DNA of 63,334 bases, the filler included, from Reclinomonas americana ATCC 50394 (Eukaryota), in assembly GCA_048213135.1 (NCBI GenBank). It is 4 parts of 4 records of this genome, joined end to end, with 100 filler letters (N's around TTAATTAATTAA, not from the genome) between each part and the next. Parts side by side here need not be neighbours in the genome. Positions count along the whole stretch, not along the records: positions 20,102 to 43,826 come from PS015225.1; positions 43,927 to 61,291 come from PS015226.1; 2 more parts are not named here. One strand, written 5' to 3'. The translations under genes were made by a program, and so were the position numbers. Below are positions 34,746 through 46,900 of this stretch, piece by piece (the first letter of the stretch is position 1; the number at the start of each line of letters is the position of its first letter). A model generated the notes under the pieces. That model was not told the origin of the DNA. It made no database searches and saw only the letters and a list, made by a program, of their open reading frames with translations.

Positions 34746-37700
34746 ATGAGCAAAGGAAGCACTGGGAAGACAGAGACCGCGCGTCTGATCAACTCCACCA
34801 CCACTTCTTCATCGACACCCGCTGCGGCGGCAGGAGCAGCCGGTGTGCTGGTGGAGCGACCGGAGGAGAAGCGCAAGGTGGTGCCTCTGTCGCGTGTGTA
34901 TGGACTCAAGCGCAGTGAGGCGTGGCGCATTTTCGTTGGAGCTGTCGGTGAGTCACGCACACACGCACACATTCGCGCGCACATGTGCACAGCGCACGCA
35001 CACATGCAACAGCAGCAGCAGCAGCAGCAGAGTCGGATGATGCAATTTGTTTGACTGCATTGCATCACGTCTCATTTTCCCTCCCTGTCTTTGTGCAACT
35101 CTCTCCTCCTCTCCTCTCCATTGCTTGCTTCCCTTTGTGTCTGCTTCCTGCCGCCGCGTGATCTCGAGGCTCATTTTTTCTCTGTGTGACCATGTGGTAA
35201 TTTCTCCGTGCGCAGCTGCCTTGTGTCAGGGTGGCGCACTGCCGGCATTTTCGATTGTCGTTTCGTGTGTCGCTTCTCTTTATTTGCGTGTTGTTGATCG
35301 CTCCGCTTCTGATCGCGTTTTTTGCTGCTGTATTCAGTTTGGCCATCTCTTCAACTCGATGTTTGACCCCGACAAGGTTTCTTATTGCATGCATTCCCGC
35401 ACCACTTCTCATCCTCGTCCGCGTGCTCACTCGTCGGCAACAGAACAAGCTGCGCCACGACACGGAATGGGCGGCGTATCTGTTCTTGATCATTGGCGGC
35501 GGCTGCTTCCTCCTGGCCTAGTTGCGTGACGATGCAATCCATCACTCTCTCGTCTCATCCATCCTCACGTCCACAGTGCGCAGCATTCAAGTGGCGTGCT
35601 GGTCCATGGTCGGCGCCAACTTGGTGCACGAGCTGCGCCTGCTCTACTTCCGTGCAGTGCTGGTGCGTCGGTGTTGTGCGGACGTCACCCGCAGCAGCTC
35701 ACCCTCACTCACTCACTCACTTCAATNNNNNNNNNNNNNNNNNNNNACGACAGGCGCACCGGGGAAGAGCTGCGTGAGCTGACCGAGTCCGAGGCCGCCA
35801 AACACGACGCTGAAGAACACTGCGTTGCGCCTCGAGTGAGTGTGCACGAACTTGCTTGCTTTTACGACCGCCACGACAAACCAGTCAGCACATCGCCGGG
35901 CTCCATGGTGCCATCGGCCACCATGGTGCCACCCTGCCAGAATCCGAGAGCGTACACTGCGAGTGGCCAGAGAGGCAACAGGTCAGCAGCTGCAGCCGTC
36001 CATTCGAGACGCACACACGCACCTCCGAAAATAGCAAACATGGAGATGCCAAAGCCGAATCCAGCCCAGTGAGCGCTGCTGATGCCGGCCTTCTTGGTGG
36101 TGGTGAGCACACGCTCGAAGCGCTGCTCCTCGAACTCCTCGCGGTTGAAGGCAAACACAGTGCGGATGCCGGAGAACACCTCAGTGGCCTTGCTGCCGGC
36201 CTAATGGAACACAAATCATGAGTAACGTGGGTGTGCGCGCGTGTGTGGAAAAACAGAGGAGGGCGGGTACCTGCGAAAAGGCGGCCGATGACATGCGAGC
36301 ACCACGAGCAATAAAGGAGAACTGCAGGAAGCCCGCAATGGAGACCACTGGCGAGACGGCGAGCAGAATCAGCGTCAGCTTCCAGCCAGTGTAGAAGGCC
36401 ACTCCGAGGCCGCTGAGCATCTGCGCAATGAGCGCAATGCACTGGCCCATCTTCTCGCTGACTGCATTCTGCACGGCTTGTGTTTCGGCCGACAAGTGCG
36501 TCGTCAGCACGCCGGTCTCCTTGTTGTCGAAGAATTCGCCGTCTTGACGCTGCGNNNNNNNNNNNNNNNNNNNNNNNNNNNNNNNNNNNNNNNNNNNNNN
36601 NNNNNNNNNNNNNNNNNNNNNNNNNNNNNNNNNNNNNNNNNNNNNNNNNNNNNNNNNNNNNNNNNNNNNNNNNNNNNNNNNNNNNNNNNNNNNNNNNNNN
36701 NNNNNNNNNNNNNNNNNNNNNNNNNNNNNNNNNNNNNNNNNNNNNNNNNNNNNNNNNNNNNNNNNNNNNNNNNNNNNNNNNNNNNNNNNNNNNNNNNNNN
36801 NNNNNNNNNNNNNNNNNNNNNNNNNNNNNNNNNNNNNNNNNNNNNNNNNNNNNNNNNNNNNNNNNNNNNNNNNNNNNNNNNNNNNNNNNNNNNNNNNNNN
36901 NNNNNNNNNNNNNNNNNNNNNNNNNNCTCTCGTTGCCGCTGCTGCGCTCGCACCAACTGATCACGTCGCGTTACTCGAAATGCAGACTTTGCCAAGGGCC
37001 GTGCGGCTGCCGCTGCGCTGTTCGAGGTCATTGACCGTGAGCCGCTGGTGGACCCGAACCTCAACGGCGTGCGTGCCGAGAACCTGCGTGGCGACATTGA
37101 CTTGCACGCGGTGACTTTCAACTATCCGACTGTTGCGTCGAGCGTGCGCGCGTGTGTGTGTGTGTCTGTTGCATCCGCCACGTTTGACGATTTCATGCAG
37201 CGTCCCGACACGGCGGTGCTGCGTGGACTGAATTTCGAGGTGCGCGGTGGCCAGCGTGTGGCTCTGGTGGGACCGTCGGGCTCCGGCAAGTCCACGGTGT
37301 TTGCGCTGCTCGAGCGTTTCTACGATCCGCGCTCCGGCAGCCTTCGCGTGGACGGCCGCGATCTGCGGTGCGTCTCCCTGTGCTTGGCGTCGTCCACAAT
37401 TGGCCAGAGAACTCATTTCCCACACGCACGCGCAGCACGTACTCGCTTCCGTCGCTGCGCGATCGCATCGGTATCGTGTCGCAGGAGCCGACGCTGTTCT
37501 CGGGCACGATTGCCGACAACATTCGCTACGGCATGCTGGATGCGTCGCATGAGCAGGTGGTGGAGGCCGCACGCCGTGCGAACGCCCACGATTTCATCAT
37601 GCAGCAGCAGTTGCGTGTGTCACGCACAGCCTGTTTGTTCTCCGAACCCACGCCTGATTCTTCATTGATCTCCTCCCCCTCCAGGCTCGGTTACGACACC

Positions 37701-38460
37701 ATGGTCGGCGAGGGCGGTCTGCAGCTCTCTGGCGGTCAGAAGCAGCGTGTGGCCATTGCTCGTGCGGTACGTATCAGTGTTTGTGTGAGTCCGGCACTAC
37801 TTTGCTAATCATGCTCGCCACCCGCAGATTTTGAAGAACCCAGCGATTCTACTGCTCGACGAGGTGACGTTGTCGTCATTTTGGTTGTTAACGACTGGTG
37901 CTCATCTTACTAAGCACAGGCCACGAGCTCTCTGGACGCTGAAAGCGAGGCTCTGGTGCAAGACGCTCTCAATCGCCTCATGGTCGATCGCACGTCGATT
38001 ATCAGTTGCGTGCGACCACCGCAGTCATCGTAGGTTGTGTGATCTGTGAAACTCACGTGTGCTACAGTCGCTCATCGCCTGTCCACGGTGCGCGATTGCG
38101 ATGTGCTGTTTGTGATGCAAGGCATGTTCTCGGTGTGATTTCTGCTTTGTCGTCGCCACTCTCTCACCACTATCCGCAGACGGCCAAGTGGTCGAGCACG
38201 GCACCTACGACGACCTGGAGCGCCGCAACGGCCTGTTTGCCACACTGATCAAGAAGCAGCTGCGTGGTGGTGGCGATGCGGGAGACTCGGCTCCGACGTC
38301 CTCGAATGGCCGCAGTCGCGGTGCTCCTGCTGCTGGTGCTGCTGGTGCTGGTGCCACTGCCAGTGCTCCGTACGGTTTGTCACTCACTGTGCCATGTGAT
38401 GAGGGTGGTCTTGTTTCTCACTCGACTGACGCAGGCACGTTTGAGGGCGGCGACCATTAA
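34746..38460 (+). CDS. ABCB (P-glycoprotein-like) half transporter, TMD-NBD
   Basis: [82 protein letters not shown]. Confidence 0.9.
35747..36554 (-). CDS. Central TMD exons of the same ABCB gene on an inverted, gap-flanked contig
   Basis: [48 protein letters not shown]: exactly the part missing between the flanking plus-strand exons. Confidence 0.9.
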
Positions 38461-38567
38461 TGCAGTGCCGAATTCGTCTCGCGCACACAGGTGTGTGTGT
38501 TTTTTATTGTTTGTTGTTCCACGCCGGCATCAATAAACAGCAGGGGTGGTTAACACTGTGCTCTCCG

Positions 38568-41500
38568 TCACTTGAGATCCACGTTGACACGTTGCACGCC
38601 GAGAATCTCTAGATCACGACACCACGCCTGCAGCTCCGATGTGGAGGGGAAGCGCACGTGCGAATCGGGCTTGCCGGTATTGCCAGCCTCGAAAAACGCC
38701 AACTCGCAGCGCACTTCGCTGGCCGCAAACGATTTGCCGTCGAGTGACATGACGTCGATCAGTTTGTTGCACGACGAGTCCTTGAAGCGCCGCAGTGCGC
38801 GGGCCGCAGAATCCAGCACTAGGAATCGATCGTTCCAACTCGTAAACATACCCGTGGATTTCCTGTTAACACACGCTCGTCAGTGGCCGCAGCGACACGA
38901 GCGCGAATGGAAAGAATAATAGTTGGGCACTTAACTTCTTCACCAGGCACGACCGCACCTCGGGGGTGGCCGCCGGTGACGACGAACCGGACGCACTACC
39001 TGCCATAAAGTTGCCGCTGCCGCTGGCTCCAGCAGTCGGGGGCGAGGCCGTCGCCGCCGCCGTCGGTGGCGCCGCTGCAGTGGGCACTTCCTCCACCTTG
39101 GGCGCCGCAACTCCACTGGCAGTCAACGGTGGGCCATACGGACTGCATCAACTGGATCAGCACGCATGCTCCAGAGCTCGTGTGACTTACGCAAAACGCA
39201 ACTCCATGTAGTGGCTGCCGCAGTTGCACACACGAAGTGCACGATCGAGGAAGGTGATCTCATCCTGAATGTGATACTTGTTCCAGTCGTCGATCAGCCG
39301 CGCATGATCTTCGCACACCCACAAAAAATCGCCCACTGGACCGGCTGGACCGCCACGTGTCACCATCACGGCCGTGACGCCGGCCACGGAGGTGCGTTGC
39401 GCGCTGGTGAGACCCAGCACATCGCGTGCTTGCTCAAGAGCCTCGCTGTGTGCACGCGCGCTATATTTCAGCTTCGCATGAATTGTGATGATACTCGAGT
39501 GTCGAGCCACAACTCACCCCGTCACTCGCTGCGGCAGCACGGTTTCGGACGGCTCACCGCCACTATACAACAAAAGTCAGCGGACGCAGCGAACATGTGT
39601 GCATCAGGAAGCAACACAACCAACCTTGCTTGCAGATCCGCCAGACCGTCGATGCTCTGTTCACAGCGCAGCTCGTTGACAATGGCTGCGAGAGAACAAC
39701 TCGTTTGTTAGCATCATACCCGTGCAGGTTGACAACATGCTGTGCGCGCAACTGTTAAAGGACTCCTTCGCATTGGCCACAAAGCCCGACAGATCCGGAA
39801 TGGGGAAACCGCACTGCACCATCCATGTTAGCACCGCAGATCTTTGGTGCCGCACATGCAGCCACAACTCACCGCCTGTCCAACACGCGCCATGAAGCCG
39901 GCCACCTTCAGTGCCGGGACAACGATCTTGGACAGCTTCAACCACCATTCCTTCTCGCGGACCAGTTTCACTCCATCGTGTCCAGTCGAGTGCCACAGCG
40001 GCGTCACGCGAACGCGCTGCTCGCCCTGTGGACCAACACGCAAATCAGCTTCGATTCTGGAGCAACGAACAACATCGCAGTGGAAGGGCGCACCACGGGG
40101 AAGCCACTGGCGGTGGGGAACAACGATGCCGGCAACACGGCCTGGAACTCGCAAAACACAAACAGACGGAACCTGTGCGGCGACAATGAGACGACAAACA
40201 CACAATGATCACACAAATGAGAATGCACAGACGCAACTTCTCGTGAGGACTAAAGCGCGCCACAGCACGAGTGAACCACGTGTCCATTCTTTCCGGCAGC
40301 ACAAAGCACAGTGACGGGCATCGGTTCAGCGCCTGCTGCGCCACCGCATTCAAGATCTCTGCGACCACGTTAATGCACAGTGAGAAACAATTGTGCAGAA
40401 GCGCCTGATGTGAGCAGCAGTGACTCACCCGACTGGCCTCGACGAATTTCAGTGGTGGTATTCACCAGCCTGTCAGCAAGCGGATGGCGATTAGCGACAA
40501 CAGCAATAGCAGTTCGCGAAAGCAAGGAAGACGACGCACGTTCCCATCACACTCTGCGTGTACGAAGCGCCCGTGAACACGGCGTCGCGCTGCAGAAGAC
40601 CATTCACGGTGGGTCGATCCAGTGGATCAAACACCAGCATTCTGGAGAGAAGACTGGCGAACTCGGCTGGCAGACTGTATGCTTGCATCAGCGAGTCCTT
40701 GGAGAACATCTGCGCTTTCGCTCGTGAGAAGGCAAGCAAGAAACGAGATGCAGTATCAATGTTGATGCAAGCACGCACCGACTCCACTCGAGCACGGTCC
40801 GACAGCACAGTGCTGAGCTGGCTGACATCAATGCCCTTGGCGCGGAACCAGATGGAGCCGGAGAGAACCTCCAGTGCCGCGATGCCGAGAGCCCACACGT
40901 CGCTGCTCGGCTGTGCCAAGAACGGTGTGCCACTGCGCTCCGCCAGGAATCGCTCAGGGGGCGCTGCGGGAAGGGACACCGTTGAATGAAATGACAGGGA
41001 AGTGTAGTCCCACGAACGCATACACTCACCATACGCAGGAGTCCAGGCACCGACGGCAACCTCCCCTGCATCGCTCCACATGAGTGACAGTGCCGCGAAT
41101 GACAACGAGAGCGATATAGTTGGTAACACACCACGCTCGACGGCGCTATCAAAATCGATCATGCACATCCGCTCCGGCTTTCGACGATCGTCATCGTCGA
41201 AAAAGACAAACTGCATACACACACAAAATCAACAACAGGTCGGTACACGGAGCACTTCTCACGCTGACGACGCAACATTGGCCGGTTTGCAGTCGGTCCA
41301 CACGTAGTTTGTGCTCTCGTGCAGTTGTTGAACACACTTGAACATGTGAGAGATGAGTGCACGCCGCTCCGTGAGCGACAAGCTGCAAGAGGTATCAGTC
41401 ATAAAAGTTCAAACATGACATAAGACGACGCGCCGCCATGCACCTGTCGCCGTGGAACTCGAGGCGCTCGGCGACCGACACCTTGCCGAGCTGCAGCACC

Positions 41501-43822
41501 AGCGCGTCTTCTCCCGGTGAGTAGTTCTCCAACACATCCAGCAGGCGCACAGCGTAGAGCGGAATCGACCGACGCATAGCCTGCAGCACGCGGCGTTCGT
41601 GCTCGAAGAGCGCTCGGTGTTGTCGATCAAACACTTTCACCACGACCTCCTGCGCATCGCGCACTCATCGTGTGAGTGTTTCACACCGCAAATCATAACA
41701 CCGGCAGCACTCAACTGGTTCATCCTCGACGCCGGACTGGCGCTTGGCTCGGAGCAAGCGAGCAGAGCCCGAAGACTCAGACAAGACGCCTGTCTGCCGG
41801 TACGGCACCACCGCCGCCGGAGCTTGGGCCGTGGGTGCCGCGACTGGTGCTGGCGGTGGTGCGGCCACTGGCACGTGTGGCGGAGCTGCGGGGGGTGGAG
41901 GTGCCACAGCAACAGGGGGCGGAGGTGCGATGACAGCGGCGGGCGGAGGTGCCACAGCAGCGGGGGCCGGAGGCGCGGTAAAAGCGGGAGGCGAGGAAGG
42001 AGGGACGACTNNNNNNNNNNNNNNNNNNNNNNNNNNNNNNNNNNNNNNNNNNNNNNNNNNNNNNNNNNNNNNNNNNNNNNNNNNNNNNNNNNNNNNNNNN
42101 NNNNNNNNNNNNNNNNNNNNNNNNNNNNNNNNNNNNNNNNNNNNNNNNNNNNNNNNNNNNNNNNNNNNNNNNNNNNNNNNNNNNNNNNNNNNNNNNNNNN
42201 NNNNNNNNNNNNNNNNNNNNNNNNNNNNNNNNNNNNNNNNNNNNNNNNNNNNNNNNNNNNNNNNNNNNNNNNNNNNNNNNNNNNNNNNNNNNNNNNNNNN
42301 NNNNNNNNNNNNNNNNNNNNNNNNNNNNNNNNNNNNNNNNNNNNNNNNNNNNNNNNNNNNNNNNNNNNNNNNNNNNNNNNNNNNNNNNNNNNNNNNNNNN
42401 NNNNNNNNNNNNNNNNNNNNNNNNNNNNNNNNNNNNNNNNNNNNNNNNNNNNNNNNNNNNNNNNNNNNNNNNNNNNNNNNNNNNNNNNNNNNNNNNNNNN
42501 NNNNNNNNNNNNNNNNNNNNNNNNNNNNNNNNNNGCAGCCGGGGGCGACACCGGAGCCGCAGAGGGTGGTTGCGACAAGGACACTGGAGCCACTTGGCGT
42601 GCTTCCGAAGCTACCGCGGCCGCCGCTGCATGGAGATGAATGTTAGTGAAGGTCATGTGGCGGGAGTCGACGATGTGAGGACGTACATGCGACGTGACGG
42701 CACATTTCGATCAGATCGGCCGCCAGCTGCGAGTATGTGTGTTGATCGCCGTACTTGTATTGCATGTAGGGCACCACGTCGGTGAGCAATCTGCGTGCAG
42801 ATGCGTAGTCGCCAGCCTTGACATGAACTTCGGCGGCATGCAACGCCGCCAGTATCGTCTCCTCGGCGCCGAAGCCGAGCGACTCTCGTGCATATACAAG
42901 GACTTCCATAGATTCGCGCTTGGCGTCCTCACAAGAGCACGACTCCGACTTGAACCGTGCGTAGGCTGCGAGCGGTCATCAAAGCTTGAGTGTCGAACGA
43001 CATTCCCGCGGTCATTATACACATTTAAATCACACACCGAGCGCATTGGACAGAGCAACGGCGTGCTCCGGCTGAGAGGCAAAGTTCTACAAGCAGCGCA
43101 AGTCAGCGTGTAAACAGGAGGTGCTGTGCGGTGCGACGACTTTGCCTTCCACGCTGCTGCATCACTCTCCACCAGCTCGTAGTCGCCGTTGCAGAGCTGC
43201 GCCTGGAGGCGAGCGACGACGGCAGAGAGTGTCAACTCGGCACGGCTGCCATAGGCTTGCTCGCTGAGGTCACGCGCACGTTTGGCGAGCGCCTCGGCCT
43301 TGTTCGTGTTGTTCAGCACCATGTGCGCCTCGGTGACCGACAGCAGCACCTGAGCGACCTCGTCCTTGGCCGTTCCGGCCAACTGCGACAGTAGCAACAA
43401 GAGAATTAGAGGAGACAAGAGGAGATGAGAGGCGCAGTAGTGGTGCAGACACGACGCACCTCGGTGAAATCGCCGATGAACTCATCGTCATACGCCTGCA
43501 GCACATCCTGATACTGAGCGCGACGGACTTCCACGCTAATGTCTTGATCGCGGGCAGCAGCCAACGCTGCTTCTCCCCAGTGATATCGCGCATTCAAAAC
43601 CTCATCCGGCTTGGCGTCGGACTTGCGATCCAGCAGCATGTAGGCGAAGCGGAAGTAGCGAGCGGCCTTGCGCCACTCGCGTGCATCCGCCGCTCTCTCT
43701 GCCGTTCGAATGTCTTTCTCCAGATCCAGTGACGAGCCTTCCTCTTCCATGCGACGCAGCTCGGGGTCCATGCCAGCGCCACCAAATGCCGGCGTGACGT
43801 GCCTGCGTAGCAGGTTGCCCAT
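38568..43822 (-). CDS. Multidomain protein: TPR-like repeats, Pro-rich linker, protein kinase, uncharacterised domain, PH domain
   Basis: Kinase VVVKVF...FEHE, WTDCKPAN, IDFD, WTPAY..PE, SDVWALG, MLVFDPLDRPT; PH WNDRFLVL...ELQAW; helical repeats (AEALAKRARDLSEQAYG; ARRLLTDVV...YGDQH). Continuity across gap 42011-42534 is assumed. Confidence 0.72.
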
Positions 43823-43870
43823 GCCTNNNNNNNNNNNNNNNNNNNNNNNNNNNNNNNNNNNNNNNNNNNN

Positions 43871-43882
43871 TTAATTAATTAA
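43871..43882. other. Artificial scaffold linker
   Basis: TTAATTAATTAA within N-runs. Confidence 0.95.
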
Positions 43883-43926
43883 NNNNNNNNNNNNNNNNNN
43901 NNNNNNNNNNNNNNNNNNNNNNNNNN

Positions 43927-46900
43927 TGCGTCCCCAGATGGATTCACGGTGCCCGCCAAGGTCGCTCCTATAAATGAGATCACAGCCACAGCATTGGTGG
44001 TGACCGACGGCATTGTTCTGGTGGTCAGCATCAAAATGTTGCCACGTTTCGACAATCCAGACACGGTGGCCACCACTCGGAACTCGTACGTCACTCCAGG
44101 CGCCAGGCCCGTGGCGACAGCCGACACTGGNNNNNNNNNNNNNNNNNNNNNNNNNNNNNNNNNNNNNNNNNNNNNNNNNNNNNNNNNNNNNNNNNNNNNN
44201 NNNNNNNNNNNNNNNNNNNNNNNNNNNNNNNNNNNNNNNNNNNNNNNNNNNNNNNNNNNNNNNNNNNNNNNNNNNNNNNNNNNNNNNNNNNNNNNNNNNN
44301 NNNNNNNNNNNNNNNNNNNNNNNNNNNNNNNNNNNNNNNNNNNNNNNNNNNNNNNNNNNNNNNNNNNNNNNNNNNNNNNNNNNNNNNNNNNNNNNNNNNN
44401 NNNNNNNNNNNNNNNNNNNNNNNNNNNNNNNNNNNNNNNNNNNNNNNNNNNNNNNNNNNNNNNNNNNNNNNNNNNNNNNNNNNNNNNNNNNNNNNNNNNN
44501 NNNNNNNNNNNNNNNNNNNNNNNNNNNNNNNNNNNNNNNNNNNNNNNNNNNNNNNNNNNNNNNNNNNNNNNNNNNNNNNNNNNNNNNNNNNNNNNNNNNN
44601 NNNNNNNNNNNNNNNNNNNNNNNNNNNNNNNNNNNNNNNNNNNNNNNNNNNNNNNNNNNNNNNNNNNNNNNNNNNNNNNNNNNNNNNNNNNNNNNNNNNN
44701 NNNNNNNNNNNNNNNNNNNNNNNNNNNNNNNNNNNNNNNNNNNNNNNNNNNNNNNNNNNNNNNNNNNNNNNNNNNNNNNNNNNNNNNNNNNNNNNNNNNN
44801 NNNNNNNNNNNNNNNNNNNNNNNNNNNNNNNNNNNNNNNNNNNNNNNNNNNNNNNNNNNNNNNNNNNNNNNNNNNNNNNNNNNNNNNNNNNNNNNNNNNN
44901 NNNNNNNNNNNNNNNNNNNNNNNNNNNNTATGTCAACAGAACCAGATACGGGCGCCGCTGGTGTCACAGTCGTGATGGTGTTGACGGACGTGGTCAGATC
45001 CGTCGCAATCTCAAACGACACTGTCACCGATCCACCTCCATTGGCATTCACAACACCGTTGAGCAGGGCCGACAGGTACGTGATGCTGCTGGCTGGGGAT
45101 GTCGTCGGCACTGGCGCAGTGAGCGTGGTGAATGATTGCGGGAGACCGCGGACAACGCCGCCACCAACAGTGGCCACGATTCGGAAATAGTAATCGGTGC
45201 CGCCCGACAACGCAGTAACGGTGGCACTGACGCTGACCGCAGCAACACCAGTGACAGGCGGCGGCGGAGCGACCATTGTCACCGTCGTCACTCCCGTCGA
45301 CAGCGTACTGTCCGTGGACAACTCAAACGACGGCGTGACATCCTCGCCACCGGCGGCAGCAATTGTGCCGTTGAGCACCGCACTCAGGAATGTGACCGCG
45401 GAGGCCGCCAGCGTGACGGGCACAGGTGCATTCAACGTCGTGAGTGCCTGTGGCGGCGCACTGGTCAGCGTCACGCCGGCCACCGTCGACAGCAGCCGGT
45501 AGTAGTACGTGGTGCTCGGCGCGAGTCCAGTCACTGCGATGGATACATTCTGCATCGCCGAGCCGGAGAACGGCGGCGCGGGAGAGATGTTTGACAGGGT
45601 CGAGACGCCCGTGGACATGGTCATGTCGGTGGAAATCTCAAACACCACAAACGACGTCGCGCCACCATTCAGCAGCAACACAGCCTGCAAAAGTGCACTC
45701 TGAAACGTCACTAGCGACGGCGCCACCGTCGTCAGCGACGGCACACCCAGCGTCTGCACCGACACAAAACTGCTGTCGACAACTGCGAGACCCATTGATA
45801 CTCCCTCGATGCGGTAATAGTACACCGTGTTGGGCGACAGGCCACTAATGGTGGCGGCAAGTGACGTGGGTCCCGCTGTAACATCGTCCGCCGGCGTGAG
45901 CGTCGTCACAACCGTGCCGGGAACGAATGACATGTTGGTAGAGTACACGAAAACGAGCGCAGTGACTGGGCCACCAACACCCGCCGTCACGACGGCGTTC
46001 AGTTGCGCACTCAGATGCGTCACGTCCAACGCTGCAGTGGTTCTCAATCTCGGGCCCGTGAGGGTCGTAAACGATACTGGCAAGCCATTGGTGGTGACTG
46101 CATTGGTGGTCAGTGCCACCACACGATACCAGTACGGTGTGCCTCCCTGCAGCGAGTCGATGCTGCCGGTGACGTTGGTGACGTCGCTGCCAGTCAGGAA
46201 ACCGGCCGGCGACACCGCGGTAACAGTGACGACACCCGAGCTGAATGTCATATCTGGCGCCACCTCGAATGACACCGCCGTCACGTAATCGTTGGCGTTG
46301 ACAGTGGCATGCAGAGTGGCAGAACGGAATGTCAAGTCAGAGGCCGCCAGTGTGATTGCCGTCGCGCCAGGCGGAGGACTGAGAGTGAGGAACGATGCAG
46401 GCGCGCTGGGAACCACTTCGCCGGCCACAGTGGCAAGCAGTCGAAAGTAGTACGTGGTGGCATGAGCGAGTCCCGTCAACGACAGCGACACCGTATTGGT
46501 GCTGGGGCCAGTAAAGGGACCGTCAGGAAGATTGACCACCACGGATCCGGCGAAGGAGGGGTCGGTCGAATATTCAAACGCCACGCTCACCGGATACAAG
46601 TCGTTGGCCGCAACATCACCGAAAACAGTGGCACTGTTGGTGGTGATCGACGACGACACATGGTTGTTGCACGTGGGCACATTCAGCGTCGTGAACGGCT
46701 CGACGGTGCTTCCCTGCATCAGTACGGTGCTTTGCAGTTCGGTGGCATCCATGCGGTAGTAATAGGTGGTCCCCGGCACGAGGCCCGTGAGAACCGCAGT
46801 CAGCGCCTGCGCACCGCTTCCACTGATCTGTCCGCTCGGATCGACCAGCGATTGCACCCGAGGCACCCACCAGCGTCGGCAGTGTGCCCCAAGTGAAGGC

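Noticed and set aside
35515-35590. Stop-codon reassignment (apparent in-frame TAG/TGA)
   Set aside because: The cases I examined resolve as intron boundaries (e.g. TA|GTTGCG...CAG|C = Tyr); genes end in TAA, TAG and TGA normally.
834-36554. Ciliate-like gene scrambling or programmed inversion
   Set aside because: Every breakpoint falls in an N-gap and no pointer or inverted repeats are visible; misorientation is simpler.
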